A DNA stretch of 64,000 bases from a virus, in the IMG/VR virus record IMGVR_UViG_3300041411_000074, positions 1-64,000 of that record; one strand, given 5' to 3'. The notes under the pieces are model-generated. The model did not search any database. It saw nothing but the letters and a program-made list of their open reading frames with translations, and was not told the origin of the DNA. Shown one piece after another: positions 27,501 to 38,606 of the stretch (position 1 is its first letter; every line of letters starts with the position of its first letter). The translations under genes and the position numbers were made by a program.

Positions 27501-28499
27501 GTGTGTATGGCTAACTGGGAAGATTTATTAGGTGGTGAAGAAATACAGTTTGACGGATTTGAAGGTACAAGTTATGGAGATTTAACTGTCCTTGGGTGGA
27601 ATGGTAAATATGGCAATGATAAGAAATATATTGTATCTTGTTCTGTATGTAGACAAGATCCTGAACTGCACGGATCGGGGTTATTCGCTATGAGTAAGGG
27701 ACACCTCAATAGAGGTTGTATCCCTTGTGGTTGTGCAGAAAAGCCTAACTGGACAGAGGACCAATATAAGGTAAGAGTAAGTAGAGCTTGCATAGAAAGG
27801 GGTTTAATCTTCAGAGGTTGGCACGGGGAATATACTACTGCAAACAAAACCAAAGTTAGAGCAGAGTGTCCAGATCACGGCGATTTCTGGTCTATGACAA
27901 TTAGTTTCTTTCTTATAAAAGATGGTTACAAAGGTTGTGCTGGATGCTTTGCTTTAAGGATGGGAGATTATAAAAGAAAAGATGACTCTGTAATGATTAA
28001 AATGTTTATGGACACTGGATGTTATGCTGATGGTACAGTATTTACCAGAAGTGAAAGAGTTGATAAACACGGACATAAGAAATACTGGTACATGGATTGT
28101 CCTGACTGTGGTGAATCAGGTGAAGGACATTTAGTGGGTTTGTATAAGGGTGCTAGGTCTTGTGCTTGTAGTGGTAATAGACAACAAGAAACCTATATCA
28201 ATCTTCTAATGGATAAAGAAGATGTAATTGCTATTAAGTTTGGCATTGCAAATCTATCAACTGAAAGGATTAAACGACAGAATCAGCTATCAATTTATGA
28301 TGTTGTAAATTATGGTGTCTGGACTTATCCAACAGTTAAAGACTGTAGAGATGCTGAAAGGTATTGTCTGAATAACCTAACTACAAAGGTAATCACTAAA
28401 GAGGAAATGCCCGATGGGTATACTGAGACTACCTTCCCCTCAAATTTAGAACCTGTGATTCACATCTTTGAGGAATATGGTGGTGTGAGAAATATCTAA
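27501..28499 (+). CDS. Cys-rich putative homing endonuclease (GIY-YIG-like C-terminus)
   Basis: Several CxxC/CPxHG zinc motifs; C-terminal YINLL....IKFGIAN....R.K.Q...E. Confidence 0.6.
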   Translation: MCMANWEDLLGGEEIQFDGFEGTSYGDLTVLGWNGKYGNDKKYIVSCSVCRQDPELHGSGLFAMSKGHLNRGCIPCGCAEKPNWTEDQYKVRVSRACIERGLIFRGWHGEYTTANKTKVRAECPDHGDFWSMTISFFLIKDGYKGCAGCFALRMGDYKRKDDSVMIKMFMDTGCYADGTVFTRSERVDKHGHKKYWYMDCPDCGESGEGHLVGLYKGARSCACSGNRQQETYINLLMDKEDVIAIKFGIANLSTERIKRQNQLSIYDVVNYGVWTYPTVKDCRDAERYCLNNLTTKVITKEEMPDGYTETTFPSNLEPVIHIFEEYGGVRNI

Positions 28500-28514
28500 T
28501 CCCCTGTTAAAATT

Positions 28515-28543
28515 AGAAGCCCTCCTTGTGAGGGTTTTCTTTT
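28515..28543 (+). terminator. Rho-independent terminator ending the plus-strand block
   Basis: AGAAGCCCTC-CTTGT-GAGGGTTTTCT followed by T-run. Confidence 0.75.
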
Positions 28544-29167
28544 GCGTGTCTAGAAAATATGTGAAAGGTCTATAAGCATTGAAAACACTGGCGCGGTATC
28601 AGATTAGCTTAACGCCTTAAGGATTCACCCAATACGAATCATTCTTAAATAATAAAATATCACAACAATAATCGTGCCAACTAACTCGCCAGTCATCTGA
28701 TCAATACCTCTAAAGATATTACCCTTGACATAAACTCTGACAGGTGGATGTAACAAGATAGCTTGCTTGGGGTGCATATATTTTAACGTTATGTTCAATG
28801 GAGCAACTACTCTAAACACCCTAGCACTCATACTGACCAACGTATGTCAACCATAATAATCCACTCTGCACAACTAGCACACTTCACTAGCTTAAGTCAA
28901 TGTATTGTGCAGTTTGTGTGAAGGATTGGCTGAGAGATGGTGGTTAATGTATGTGGAATGGAATCGTTACAGGGGAAAGTTGGAGGGATTCGACTACAGG
29001 CTTAACATCAGAGATGTCTCGCCCATCCCTTGACAGAGTATTATTAGCCACTTATCACTAACTGAGAGTACATGTGTACACTAGAATCGATAAGGCTTAG
29101 AAGGGATTTTACAGGCTAGAGATTTGAAGGGGTATTGTAAGAGGGTGTGCACTGACTATAAACAACT

Positions 29168-29188
29168 ACGTCCCACATTGTGGGACGT
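29168..29188 (-). terminator. Perfect inverted repeat, likely terminator of the minus-strand block
   Basis: ACGTCCCACA-T-TGTGGGACGT just after the stop of ORF 29215. Confidence 0.55.
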
Positions 29189-29214
29189 TATAATAACCTG
29201 CTAGAATGTTTTAC

Positions 29215-29469
29215 TTAACCTAACAACTCAGCTAGAAGGTCATCGTCAAGAATGTCGTCAATTGTCTGATAAGGAGTGTCATCTAACATCAGCGTAGCTG
29301 TCTTTTTATCAATACCAACCTTTGCATAGCTCTTATCACCAGCCTTAATAGCTTCAAGGTGACGTTTAAGGTTCTTAATCTCTGAGGCTGTTGACATAGG
29401 AGAAGCTTGGGTGTTAAAGAACTTACTACCAGTGCAGTCTGTAATGTAGATGCTATGCCAACCATTCAT
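29215..29469 (-). CDS. Hypothetical early protein
   Basis: Start MNGWHS downstream of the promoter at 29507-29535. Confidence 0.55.
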   Translation of the reverse strand: MNGWHSIYITDCTGSKFFNTQASPMSTASEIKNLKRHLEAIKAGDKSYAKVGIDKKTATLMLDDTPYQTIDDILDDDLLAELLG

Positions 29470-29506
29470 GATCTTCTTCCTAAATGGTGTTTCGTTCTGA
29501 TGTCTC

Positions 29507-29535
29507 ATTGTAAGAGAATTCATCTACCCTGTAAA
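29507..29535 (-). promoter_or_regulatory. Sigma70-like early promoter
   Basis: AATAAAGC-TTTACA-17-TACAAT. Confidence 0.65.
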
Positions 29536-30118
29536 GCTTTATTTAAAAGAATTACTCAATTAGTAAACCATACCTTTTCAAAAGTAGTCGCCTAGCAGCC
29601 TGCACAGCTTCATTGTCAGGGTGCCCTTCTGCTGTTCTAATCAACTTCTCTTTTCGAGTTAGTAAGCTATCAGGATGTATTACACTTCCATTTTCTATGG
29701 CTTCTCTGTATAAGTCCTCTGCAATAGCTACTTTAGCTTGTAGCTCTATTGTAGTATTGTTCCACCATCTCTGATATGTCTTTGTTTGTGGTGCTGATCT
29801 AAGCCCTGCATGTATATGACTCAAAACATCATATTTTGTAGGGTAGCCGTTAGCTATTGACCATTGAGTAAGATTCTGAACAGGGATTGACATATTTCTA
29901 GAAAGCTTCTGGCTGATGTAGATAGTAGAAGTAACCATTTTTGTTACCTAGCCTGTTCCATTCTTTAACCAGCGTATCAGCTTTTACTAAGCTCAAACCA
30001 ACATATTCTCCATCCGTTTCAACAAACCAACCTCTGTCTGACATTTGACCATTGCGAAACTTTTGTTCAACAATGGCACCAGTATTCTTGCTGTATGTCC
30101 AGTAAGTGAAGATTCGCA

Positions 30119-30319
30119 TTAGTAAATCTCCCCACAGAAAGCGATGAATTCAGCTTCAGTGATCTTAGTTTCAAGGGCATTCAGGACAGCATCAAACACT
30201 TGACTAGGAAGCTTTGGAGTCTTAGCATCTTCAATGAGAACACGTTTCATCTCTTCAACTGGCAACTGAGTTGCTGTTTGGATCATTTTGTTGAACAGAG
30301 CTTTTTGTGTAGTGTTCAT
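30119..30319 (-). CDS. Hypothetical early protein
   Basis: First ORF after the promoter at 30361-30389; SD AGGA. Confidence 0.6.
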   Translation of the reverse strand: MNTTQKALFNKMIQTATQLPVEEMKRVLIEDAKTPKLPSQVFDAVLNALETKITEAEFIAFCGEIY

Positions 30320-30360
30320 GGTCTGTCTTCCTATGCTTGGTTGTTTGTTTCAGTGGGTAC

Positions 30361-30389
30361 ATTATCTCTATTTCTGTCCGTAGCTGCAA
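30361..30389 (-). promoter_or_regulatory. Sigma70-like early promoter
   Basis: AATAAAGC-TTGCAG-17-GATAAT. Confidence 0.55.
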
Positions 30390-30824
30390 GCTTTATTTTC
30401 ATATATTTCAAAAGAATTTATAGCTGCTTTTCTATCAGGCACAATCCCTGTTTGTCTCGTGTCTTTGCTTACTCACCATGGAGATTATTCTACAGGCAAA
30501 CAAAAGCCAGCACAATAGGCTGGCATAGGATTGTTTAATTCATCCTCACAAAGCCTCAAACCTAACAGGCGTGTACTCTGCATAATCTCCTGACATCATA
30601 ATAAACTGCTCATACATCTCAGAACGTTCTACATGGAGCTATTTTACCATTGTTTCAAGACAGAACGAACACTGGACACGTCATCAATAAGGGAATGCAG
30701 CTTCTCAACAGCTTCCCACTCAGAGAAAGCACAAACAAGAATCCACAAGTGACCTTTACAGTAGTTGGTGTCATAATTCATGATATACAAGACTTGTGCT
30801 CCTCTGTTGATTTGCTTCAGTAAG

Positions 30825-31478
30825 TTAATAATAGATTAATTCATTAGAGCGGTCAACAACTGTTTCATCTATTTTTGAGTAGTTTTCATATCGTTCAATC
30901 AGAGCTTTTGCTACACGTTTATCTGATTGGCTGTCTGCCAATACGTGTGCTTGATCCAGCTTGAAAGCCAACCATACTTTGTGTGCCGTATCGGGAGAAT
31001 CAAACCACCCTAGATTGGTCTGTTTGCCCGTTGTCACTGAGACACACTGAGCCCTATACCTGCTGGCCTTTTTGTCCCAAGAGACACCTGTAGGCAGTTC
31101 TTGCGTGTTGTTAGATCTTTCTAATATAAATAAATTTATTCTCTGTTCAATAAATAAGCATGTCTCAGGGCTATAAACTTTATTGTCTTTAACTAACAAG
31201 TCTTTATCTAGCTGCTTCCCTTGCCAATCCTGTTCTTCCATCCAAGCTTTGAATTTCGAGAAATAGAGCCATTCATCACAAACCGAACAGTCTGCATATG
31301 TACTGAAGCTAGAGTGGTAAACTTCGGAGTAAGCCCTTTTTAACATGGCACGCCATCTTTCATAAAATGGGCAGAACCAAGTTTGGAATTGTTTTCCATC
31401 AACCATTTTGTTTTGTGTTAAAGAATAGTCCGCATCATTAATACCAACACCGCACACTAGTTTGTTTCTTTTACGCAT
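30825..31478 (-). CDS. HNH-like (LDKD variant) homing endonuclease with AP2-like C-terminus
   Basis: GVGINDADY, CPFY.RW..ML.R, QLDKDLL..NKVYSPETC, LPTGV..., LGWF..P..AH. Confidence 0.75.
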   Translation of the reverse strand: MRKRNKLVCGVGINDADYSLTQNKMVDGKQFQTWFCPFYERWRAMLKRAYSEVYHSSFSTYADCSVCDEWLYFSKFKAWMEEQDWQGKQLDKDLLVKDNKVYSPETCLFIEQRINLFILERSNNTQELPTGVSWDKKASRYRAQCVSVTTGKQTNLGWFDSPDTAHKVWLAFKLDQAHVLADSQSDKRVAKALIERYENYSKIDETVVDRSNELIYY

Positions 31479-31813
31479 TTAATTCTCCAATGATAAAACC
31501 CTCCTAATGAGGGTTTAAAGGTTTAGTTTAATCACTTACCCTCACCAACACAATTAATTTCCCAATCCACCACTGGTGTTTTACCACCATTCTCATCCAT
31601 ATGCTCTGCTTTGAAAGCTTCCATGTAAGATTGATAAGCTTCTTCCACTTCCATCGACATAATTGTCTTTCTCTCTTCTTTCATCATCCTGATGCATTCT
31701 GGTTTGGAGAGATTGTCCGCTACTACATATTCTTCTGTGGACATAGCTGATGTGAAAGCGATTACTAGGAGCATGGACATGATGTTGTTTCCTATGTCGG
31801 TTAGGTATGGCTT

Positions 31814-31842
31814 ATTATGAATCTATCTGTTCACCTTGTAAA
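31814..31842 (-). promoter_or_regulatory. Sigma70-like early promoter
   Basis: AATAAAGC-TTTACA-17-CATAAT. Confidence 0.6.
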
Positions 31843-32108
31843 GCTTTATTTATCAGACACCAGCATAATAAACACTAGCATGTGCAGCGGCCCTGTAAGA
31901 CATAGCGGACTGTACAGCGGCTTGAGCAGCACAAACATAACCCATTGCTTTGTCTTCACGAGCCAATTTCATCATTTCCCGAGCTTGTTTCATGTACTTC
32001 TGAAACTCAGTCTGTTGTTTGTAGCCGAACAGTTTAGCGACAGTTTTAATGAAGTTCATGTTTAGTAGTCTCTATCTGGTGAGAAGCTTTTGCTTCCCTC
32101 TTGAGATA

Positions 32109-32136
32109 ATTCTACCCTATCCACCACACCAGTCAA
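32109..32136 (-). promoter_or_regulatory. Sigma70-like early promoter
   Basis: TTGACT-16-TAGAAT. Confidence 0.6.
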
Positions 32137-32171
32137 CAATTATTTTAATCTTTATTCATTGAAAGATCCTA

Positions 32172-32519
32172 TCAATCCTGCCCAACATTACTGTAATAAC
32201 CACCCCCACCACCATTCCCTATTCTTTTGCTCCAAATGTCGTCAGATGTGTATTCAGAGAGAGTGTTTTCGATGTTATCCCATGAGCTGAAGACATTGTT
32301 CAACTTATAGAGTTTGTCAGTCTTCCTATTGAGTTTGTAATGATTGACTGCCTCTTTAGTGGTATATGGTCCATTCGAATCAAAACCATGCGAGGCAGCC
32401 TGATTATGCACAAACCAAACAGTATTGTCCTCTACATATGTACAGTGAAGAACAATTGATTCATAATAGTCGGCTTGGAGCTTGTATTTGGTGCCTTCGA
32501 GATAGGTCATTACATCCAA
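32172..32519 (-). CDS. Hypothetical protein
   Basis: ORF on the transcribed strand. Confidence 0.5.
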   Translation of the reverse strand: MDVMTYLEGTKYKLQADYYESIVLHCTYVEDNTVWFVHNQAASHGFDSNGPYTTKEAVNHYKLNRKTDKLYKLNNVFSSWDNIENTLSEYTSDDIWSKRIGNGGGGGYYSNVGQD

Positions 32520-32818
32520 CCCTTCACTATGCCATATATAATTATGATTAAAAGGGTTATCGATATTAACAGGACAGATCCTGACAACACAAGTAACCCT
32601 AGATTATTGCTCACTATCGAGCTCATAGGCATTAGCCCTCCATCACATCGTCAGTGTTAAGGGCTTTCTTGACTTCGTCAAGAGTCCAGTCAGAAGGAAA
32701 TTCAACCTTCTCAGAAGAGCCATCTACGTAGAAGGCGAAGTAAGTGTTGTAAGATTGAATGGTGGTCATGGTGTAGCTCCAAGCTTGTGAGATGCTTTAT
32801 TGCGTCTCTGTGTGGTTG

Positions 32819-32847
32819 ATTCTACAGATAGTTAAAACCCTCGTCAA
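32819..32847 (-). promoter_or_regulatory. Sigma70-like early promoter
   Basis: TTGACG-17-TAGAAT. Confidence 0.7.
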
Positions 32848-34217
32848 GCATCTCATGAAAGAAATTTCAGGCTATTTGGCATAAGCCTCATAAAGATAAT
32901 TAGCAACCTCATATGTAAACACACGAACGTTGCCATTCAGAATCCAACGCTCGCTACCAATAACCCTTCCACTTCGTTGGTAACAGACAATACCATGAGT
33001 ACGCCCTACATCGTTTCCGATTATGTATGAGTCTTCCTCAAGAGAGTTGATTACCTTTTCAAACTCTTGACGTGTACATTCTTTCATTTTCATGACACAT
33101 TCAGTCCTATTTGTCTAAGAAGAAAGCTGGCATAGCACTCGTTTTGATACTGAGTGTGTGTCTTATCTGTGAGGATCTTTAGTAGAGTGTCTTTAAGTTC
33201 AAGTACTTCATTAAAAGGAACCATGACCATTGGCTTACCTTGAACACACAGTTTAGGAAGCTCACCACAAACTGTTGAGTAGGCGTTCAAATGGTTCATA
33301 CTTCTTGCTCCCAATTCCTCTTAAGACTGCGCTGACTACTATAGCCTCGCTTCTTGTCCTTACCACCTGTGTCATAGTGGTCTGCACACTTGCTCTTAGA
33401 AGAACGCGCCCCTCGGGCACTCTCGCGTTCATATTTCTGGAATGTTTCTGTGTAGGTGTTCATTTAGTTTGTTCCTCAATGCGTTTAAGAGCTTCCTGAC
33501 AATCTTTAACTGTCAGTGTCCAAGTATCCGCACTAAGAAGTACGTCTTCCTTGATACCATCAATTCGTACCCATAAGCACTCACCTTCATAGCCACGAAC
33601 GTAGAGTTCGGCCTTGTGTTTCTTAAGTACCTTCTGTAAATCTTTAATGAGGCTGGTAGCCTGTACATTACTCATTTTAATTTCTCTTCAAAAATTTCAG
33701 TCAAATAAACTTCAATGGCTTCCTTCAAACATCCCTTGAAGTTGTTCCACAAAGGTGCATCCACTTGCTGATACTCTTGGATCTTATCTAACAACTTCCA
33801 TGAAGCTTCATTTAGTACATCAGAGCCTAAATCAATATTAATACTCATCACTCACCCCTTTAGAATTCACTTCCACATTAGACAAAGAAACATGCCAGAC
33901 TGATTCTTCACGCCAAACTTTGAATGATGTGTGACCTTGTGCTACTAGGTTTTCTACGGTGATCATAGCGGCGCTTAGGGTGATATGGGAAGTTTTCATT
34001 TCTTAATCCTCTGTGTCGACAGACCAGATTGTACCATTAGGGAAGTCATTGTGGAAGAACTGGCGAGCATTTAGGTCACTCGATGCTGTGTAAATAACTT
34101 TATTCAAAGTGTGCACAGTGGCATCAAAGTCCCAGCCTAGTTCATGGTAGTAAATGTAGTAGTTGTCCATGTTACACCTCACTCAAAGTCTTAATGTATC
34201 GTTTGGTTGCTTGTTTT

Positions 34218-34901
34218 TCAGACGGACTTAACTTCTGTCCTCTTGTTAGCATTTAATCGCAGATTGGCAGCCCTGTCAAGCAATTTTTCTGCAACAAGCA
34301 AAGAGAAATTCTCCGCTTCGCCAGCCAGTCGCCACTTTTCAATTGCGGCTTCAATTTGCACAGCCTTAGCCATACACCATGCTTGATGAGCAGTTAGAGG
34401 ATCTTGAAACACGCCAAGGTAGCGTTTACCTTCACCTTGAACTCTGGCTACGTACCGATCACTGTATCCGCTGACAAAAGTTACACCAAGGGGCAGATCT
34501 ACTAGGCTTTTGTTGTTAGATGACACTAACATATTTATATAGTTTGGAACAAAGCAGCAGGTGTTAGGGCCATATTCTTTGTTACCTTTAATAAGTATAT
34601 CTTTGTCTATCTCCAAACCTTCCCAAATCTGAACTTCCATCCAAGCCTTGAATGCGCTAAAGTATTTCCAAACGATGTTTACAGTTGTTCCCTCAAGCAC
34701 AGGTCTTTTAGAAAGCGTATTCTTGCTATAACCTCTTTTGACCATAGCGCTCCACTTCCTATAGAATGGACACATCACAGATTTATTTCCAACACGTATA
34801 GATACTTTGTAATCCGCATCATTGATACCCCATCCAGATACAGTTGGAAATTCTTTAGGTTTGTTTAAACCCCTATTTCTTGTGTACTTTGTTTTAGACA
34901 T
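34218..34901 (-). CDS. HNH-like (IDKD variant) homing endonuclease with AP2-like C-terminus
   Basis: GWGINDADY, CPFYRKW, EIDKDIL.KGNKEYGPNTC; paralog of 30825. Confidence 0.75.
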   Translation of the reverse strand: MSKTKYTRNRGLNKPKEFPTVSGWGINDADYKVSIRVGNKSVMCPFYRKWSAMVKRGYSKNTLSKRPVLEGTTVNIVWKYFSAFKAWMEVQIWEGLEIDKDILIKGNKEYGPNTCCFVPNYINMLVSSNNKSLVDLPLGVTFVSGYSDRYVARVQGEGKRYLGVFQDPLTAHQAWCMAKAVQIEAAIEKWRLAGEAENFSLLVAEKLLDRAANLRLNANKRTEVKSV

Positions 34902-35505
34902 TTTTCAACTCATCCAAGTAATTGCTAATTTTAATTTTATATCGTACCAATGTTTTAGTGATCACACAAGCCTTCTTTAAGATATTTTTCAGGCTATTCT
35001 CCGAAGATAAGTCATCTATCCAGATCACTCCACAAGGTGTGGCTACCTCTGTGTGGGTGTAATCTACATCACACGAATTGTAGGTAGTTTCTACGCCAAA
35101 TTCCTCTATTTCTGTCCGAATTGGTCGGACACTGACAGCCTTCTTCAACAAGACTTCTTGACGTTCGATTTTAGCCACAATCACATCACGAAGAAGGCTG
35201 TACTCAGAGATTGACATGTCTGTTGTTTTATACTCAGTTTCCAGCTCCACCATCTGAGACTGAAGAGTCTGTAGTCGCTTGAACTGAGGTAAGATTTTAT
35301 CTTTAATGCTCACCTTAGGTTTATTTGCACCAGCCCGCAAAGCAATCTGTTCATCAGAAAACCAATCAACGTTGGCTTTGCCGTGTTGTGTGTACATTGG
35401 GATTTCAACGGAACGGACGTGTCTTGAGCCCGTTTGCTGGCCCGAGTAGTCAGGTTCGTTGTCGTGTGATGAGACCCATGACTGGATTGCGAAATAACGA
35501 CTCAT
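34894..35505 (-). CDS. Hypothetical protein
   Basis: 203 aa directly after the promoter at 35544-35572; SD AGGT. Confidence 0.65.
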   Translation of the reverse strand: MSRYFAIQSWVSSHDNEPDYSGQQTGSRHVRSVEIPMYTQHGKANVDWFSDEQIALRAGANKPKVSIKDKILPQFKRLQTLQSQMVELETEYKTTDMSISEYSLLRDVIVAKIERQEVLLKKAVSVRPIRTEIEEFGVETTYNSCDVDYTHTEVATPCGVIWIDDLSSENSLKNILKKACVITKTLVRYKIKISNYLDELKNV

Positions 35506-35543
35506 TGAACACCTACCTAAGCTTGTTTGTTCCTGTTGTGGTG

Positions 35544-35579
35544 ATTCTAACCCAACGAAAACAGGCCGTCAAGCGGCCT
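35544..35579 (-). promoter_or_regulatory. Composite terminator hairpin and sigma70 promoter
   Basis: AGGCCG-CTTGA-CGGCCT-GTTTT with TTGACG-17-TAGAAT overlapping the hairpin. Confidence 0.7.
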
Positions 35580-36225
35580 TTTCAATATAAGTAAAGTTTT
35601 CATATTTATCAATTAACGCTTTAGCTACACGTTCATCTGTTTGTTGTGCTGCGAGTACATAGGCTTGCTCCAGTTTAAACGTAAGCCATGCTTGGTGAGC
35701 TTCTTCTGGTGTCTTGAAGTGGCCTAAAACTTTTACCTTCCCTGTGACAACAGAACTGCACGTTGCCACATACTTACCTCTACTCTTGTCGAAACAAACA
35801 CCAATAGGCCACTCACCACGATCTGCTGCCCGCTCAATTATGAATGAGTTAACTCTAGCGTCTACGAAGACGCAAGTATCAGGACCGTAGATCTTATTGC
35901 CCGGAAAGAGGATATCTTTATCCAGCTGTTTACCTTCCCAATCTTGAAGCTCCATCCAAGATTTGAAGTTGCTGAATGTTAGCCATTCTCTCACCACAGA
36001 GCAACCTTTATAACTTGGATACTTTGACTGGTAGTTTTCACTATAACACCTCGTCAACATACTCATCCACCTACCATAGAACGGACATACCCATACAAGC
36101 TTTCGTTTTTTACCGCCTAGGTAACCGATTGTCTTGAACACTTGTACAACATAATCAGCATCGTTAATACCAACACCGCGCACTAGCTTAGTTCTCTGGT
36201 AGCTCTTCAACTTTCTCTTCTCCAT
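35569..36225 (-). CDS. HNH-like (LDKD variant) homing endonuclease with AP2-like C-terminus
   Basis: Close paralog of 30825 (GVGINDADY, QDWEGKQLDKDIL, AFKLDQA/TFKLEQA, RVAKALI). Confidence 0.78.
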   Translation of the reverse strand: MEKRKLKSYQRTKLVRGVGINDADYVVQVFKTIGYLGGKKRKLVWVCPFYGRWMSMLTRCYSENYQSKYPSYKGCSVVREWLTFSNFKSWMELQDWEGKQLDKDILFPGNKIYGPDTCVFVDARVNSFIIERAADRGEWPIGVCFDKSRGKYVATCSSVVTGKVKVLGHFKTPEEAHQAWLTFKLEQAYVLAAQQTDERVAKALIDKYENFTYIEKAA

Positions 36226-36270
36226 ATATAAAGCCCTCTAGGACGAGGGCACAATTTTACAACACTTACT

Positions 36271-36516
36271 CTAAAACTTCTTACAACACCGTCCACACTT
36301 ACTGCATTGAGTAGTCCCACAGCAAGCCAAGATTAGGATATAAGGAACAATCCACAACAAGCCTGTAAGCAACACCAACACGATGTTAACCAGATGCCCA
36401 CCAGCAGACAACCCTTTAGTGATACCAATTTGAACACCACACGATGGACACTTACACATTGACATGCTCATATCACACCTCCAATACACTGATGAACAAC
36501 GCATCAGGCCAATCAA
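36271..36516 (-). CDS. Zinc-ribbon membrane protein (LITAF-like layout)
   Basis: CPSC, hydrophobic hairpin, CSKCG. Confidence 0.6.
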   Translation of the reverse strand: MIGLMRCSSVYWRCDMSMSMCKCPSCGVQIGITKGLSAGGHLVNIVLVLLTGLLWIVPYILILACCGTTQCSKCGRCCKKF

Positions 36517-36827
36517 GGTTAGCGATCACACGAGCGCCTTCATGACTCGTAGCTTCAATATCCAGGAAGAACTCACCGCTTGAGTCAAGCATTTTTACTT
36601 TGAATGTACGAGTATAACTTTTCACGATATCACCTCAATCAATTCATTTGTGTATAGATTCTGTAGCCACTGACCCGTACCATCATCAAAAAGTATAGTA
36701 GCTGTTTCATTCTCCTCGTCTACGTTGTTAAAGGTTATCTCCTTAACTTCGCAAGCGGATTTGAATTTGCTGCCACCCACGCGAACGAATACTTTGTCAC
36801 CGGGGAGGAGTTGTCCGATGAGCTTTT

Positions 36828-37031
36828 TCATGTCAAGCGCTCCAGCCTACGGATTTTAGACTCTAGTTGATAGATTGTGCAGATATCTTCTTCTAAGCTT
36901 TCACCACTCACTGCTAGTTCAATATCATTAAAGACAAAGGTTACATAGTTGTGTCTGGTGCTGATTGCCTGCTCTTTTGCATATTGAACTGCTGTGTAAA
37001 TGCTGAATCCCGGTGGTATTACAATCTTCAT
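36828..37031 (-). CDS. Small hypothetical protein, paralog-like to 50340
   Basis: G.SIY.A...A.......V.F.FN.I...V. Confidence 0.55.
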   Translation of the reverse strand: MKIVIPPGFSIYTAVQYAKEQAISTRHNYVTFVFNDIELAVSGESLEEDICTIYQLESKIRRLERLT

Positions 37032-37247
37032 GACCTTCTCCTCATACCAGACGTACGATGAATCGGACAGCTCCATAGGCCAAGTCCTTCTTGTTAGCAA
37101 AAGCACGAGCAGTGCTACCTTTACCTGCTGGGTATTGCTTTACGACAGCCTTGGTCTGGATGTCAACTACTTCGTAAGCTACGTTGGTTTGAGTAGTCAT
37201 GTCTGTTGCTCCGGTTTGGTTAGAAGCTTTCTGCTTCCTATGTAGAT

Positions 37248-37276
37248 ATTCTAGGGTAGTCAGAAAGTCCTGTCAA
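37248..37276 (-). promoter_or_regulatory. Sigma70-like early promoter
   Basis: TTGACA-17-TAGAAT. Confidence 0.75.
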
Positions 37277-37724
37277 TACCTATTTATAAATAAATTTAGC
37301 AGAGAGCAAATCATTAGCCCACTCGTACATCTCACCAACACCAAATGCATAGGACAGGGCAATCTTTGTGTGCTTAGCGCTATTAGGGCAGACGTTATCA
37401 TTTACCATTGAGTTGATAGTGTCACGGTAGGACTGTTTGAACCGCTTAGAGGTTTTCATTTTATTCTCCCATCTCTTCAGAAATCAAAGCTGGATCACGA
37501 GAAGCTTCATACCAACCGTAGCACCAGAGACTGGCTTCTAAAGTATCTTTAGCATAAGGGCAAATCGACAACATTTTATGCTCAACACGAGCAGTCCAGC
37601 CTTCTGAAAATTCTACGGTGAGTTGCTTTTGTTGAATGTTCATCTCAATCACCCTTCGGTTCAGTTGTTTTACTTTCTTGAGTTGATTAAGAGCCCCTTT
37701 CGAAGCCCTGTCAAGCATTTATTT

Positions 37725-38540
37725 TCAAACCTTCTCTGTATATCTGTAGTTGTCATAGTCTTCTTGGATCACTTGCCACTTGGCCGCAAGTGGTTCCCGA
37801 AGCTCTTCAAGGAATTCAGGGCTTTCGTAGTAGATTCCAATTTCAGTCTTGAGGTGCTCTATCTTAGCCAACTGCCAAAACCTGTGTGCTTCCATTGGGT
37901 CTGATGCCCTGCCCAGTATAGTGGTTACATCACCCCTCTTTATGCTTGCAACGTAAGTGCCCACGCCGCTTTTCTTCACACCCATACCATGAGCAGACCT
38001 TACAGAAAACTTATCAAGAAACAAATTGTTAATTCTCACAGGTACTGCACGGCAAAATTCGGGTCCATATTCTTTGTTACCGAAGACTAGTAAGTCCTTG
38101 TCAATTCTAAAGTCATCGCTCGGGCAATTGCTGTAGTACCATGCACAATAATTCTGTAAGTTATGCCACAAAGGATTCACATAGACACCTTTAGCACCAT
38201 AGTCTGAGTACGCTTTGTGTCCCGTGTCGTAACACCTACGGATCATGTTTGCCCACCTCTTATATGCTGTGTGTTGGTTTCCATCTTTTCCCGTTGTTGA
38301 GTATGGTCCAACCCCGCGATATCCAATACCAAGAACCGTCTTTGCTAGTGGGTCTTCAACCTTACCCCTGATAGCAGCACTGGCCCTAGTCGTCACAAAT
38401 GAGCCAGTATTAATAAACCTAACCTTGATGTCAAAGCAACCATCAGCAGATATTATTTCATACGGTCCTGATACACCTCTAGCCTCAAAGATGTCGCCGA
38501 CCTTGTACTTTCTAACTTGTCCATCTGGTATTTTACGCAC
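37725..38540 (-). CDS. HNH-like (IDKD variant) homing endonuclease
   Basis: AYKRWANMIRRCY, W.NLQNY..W, RIDKDLLVFGNKEYGPEFC. Confidence 0.75.
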   Translation of the reverse strand: MRKIPDGQVRKYKVGDIFEARGVSGPYEIISADGCFDIKVRFINTGSFVTTRASAAIRGKVEDPLAKTVLGIGYRGVGPYSTTGKDGNQHTAYKRWANMIRRCYDTGHKAYSDYGAKGVYVNPLWHNLQNYCAWYYSNCPSDDFRIDKDLLVFGNKEYGPEFCRAVPVRINNLFLDKFSVRSAHGMGVKKSGVGTYVASIKRGDVTTILGRASDPMEAHRFWQLAKIEHLKTEIGIYYESPEFLEELREPLAAKWQVIQEDYDNYRYTEKV

Positions 38541-38606
38541 TTTCTTCCTCTTAATAGTAAACCCGACACTAGGCCGGGTTGTTTTGTTGTGACTGTTGCC
38601 AGTCGT

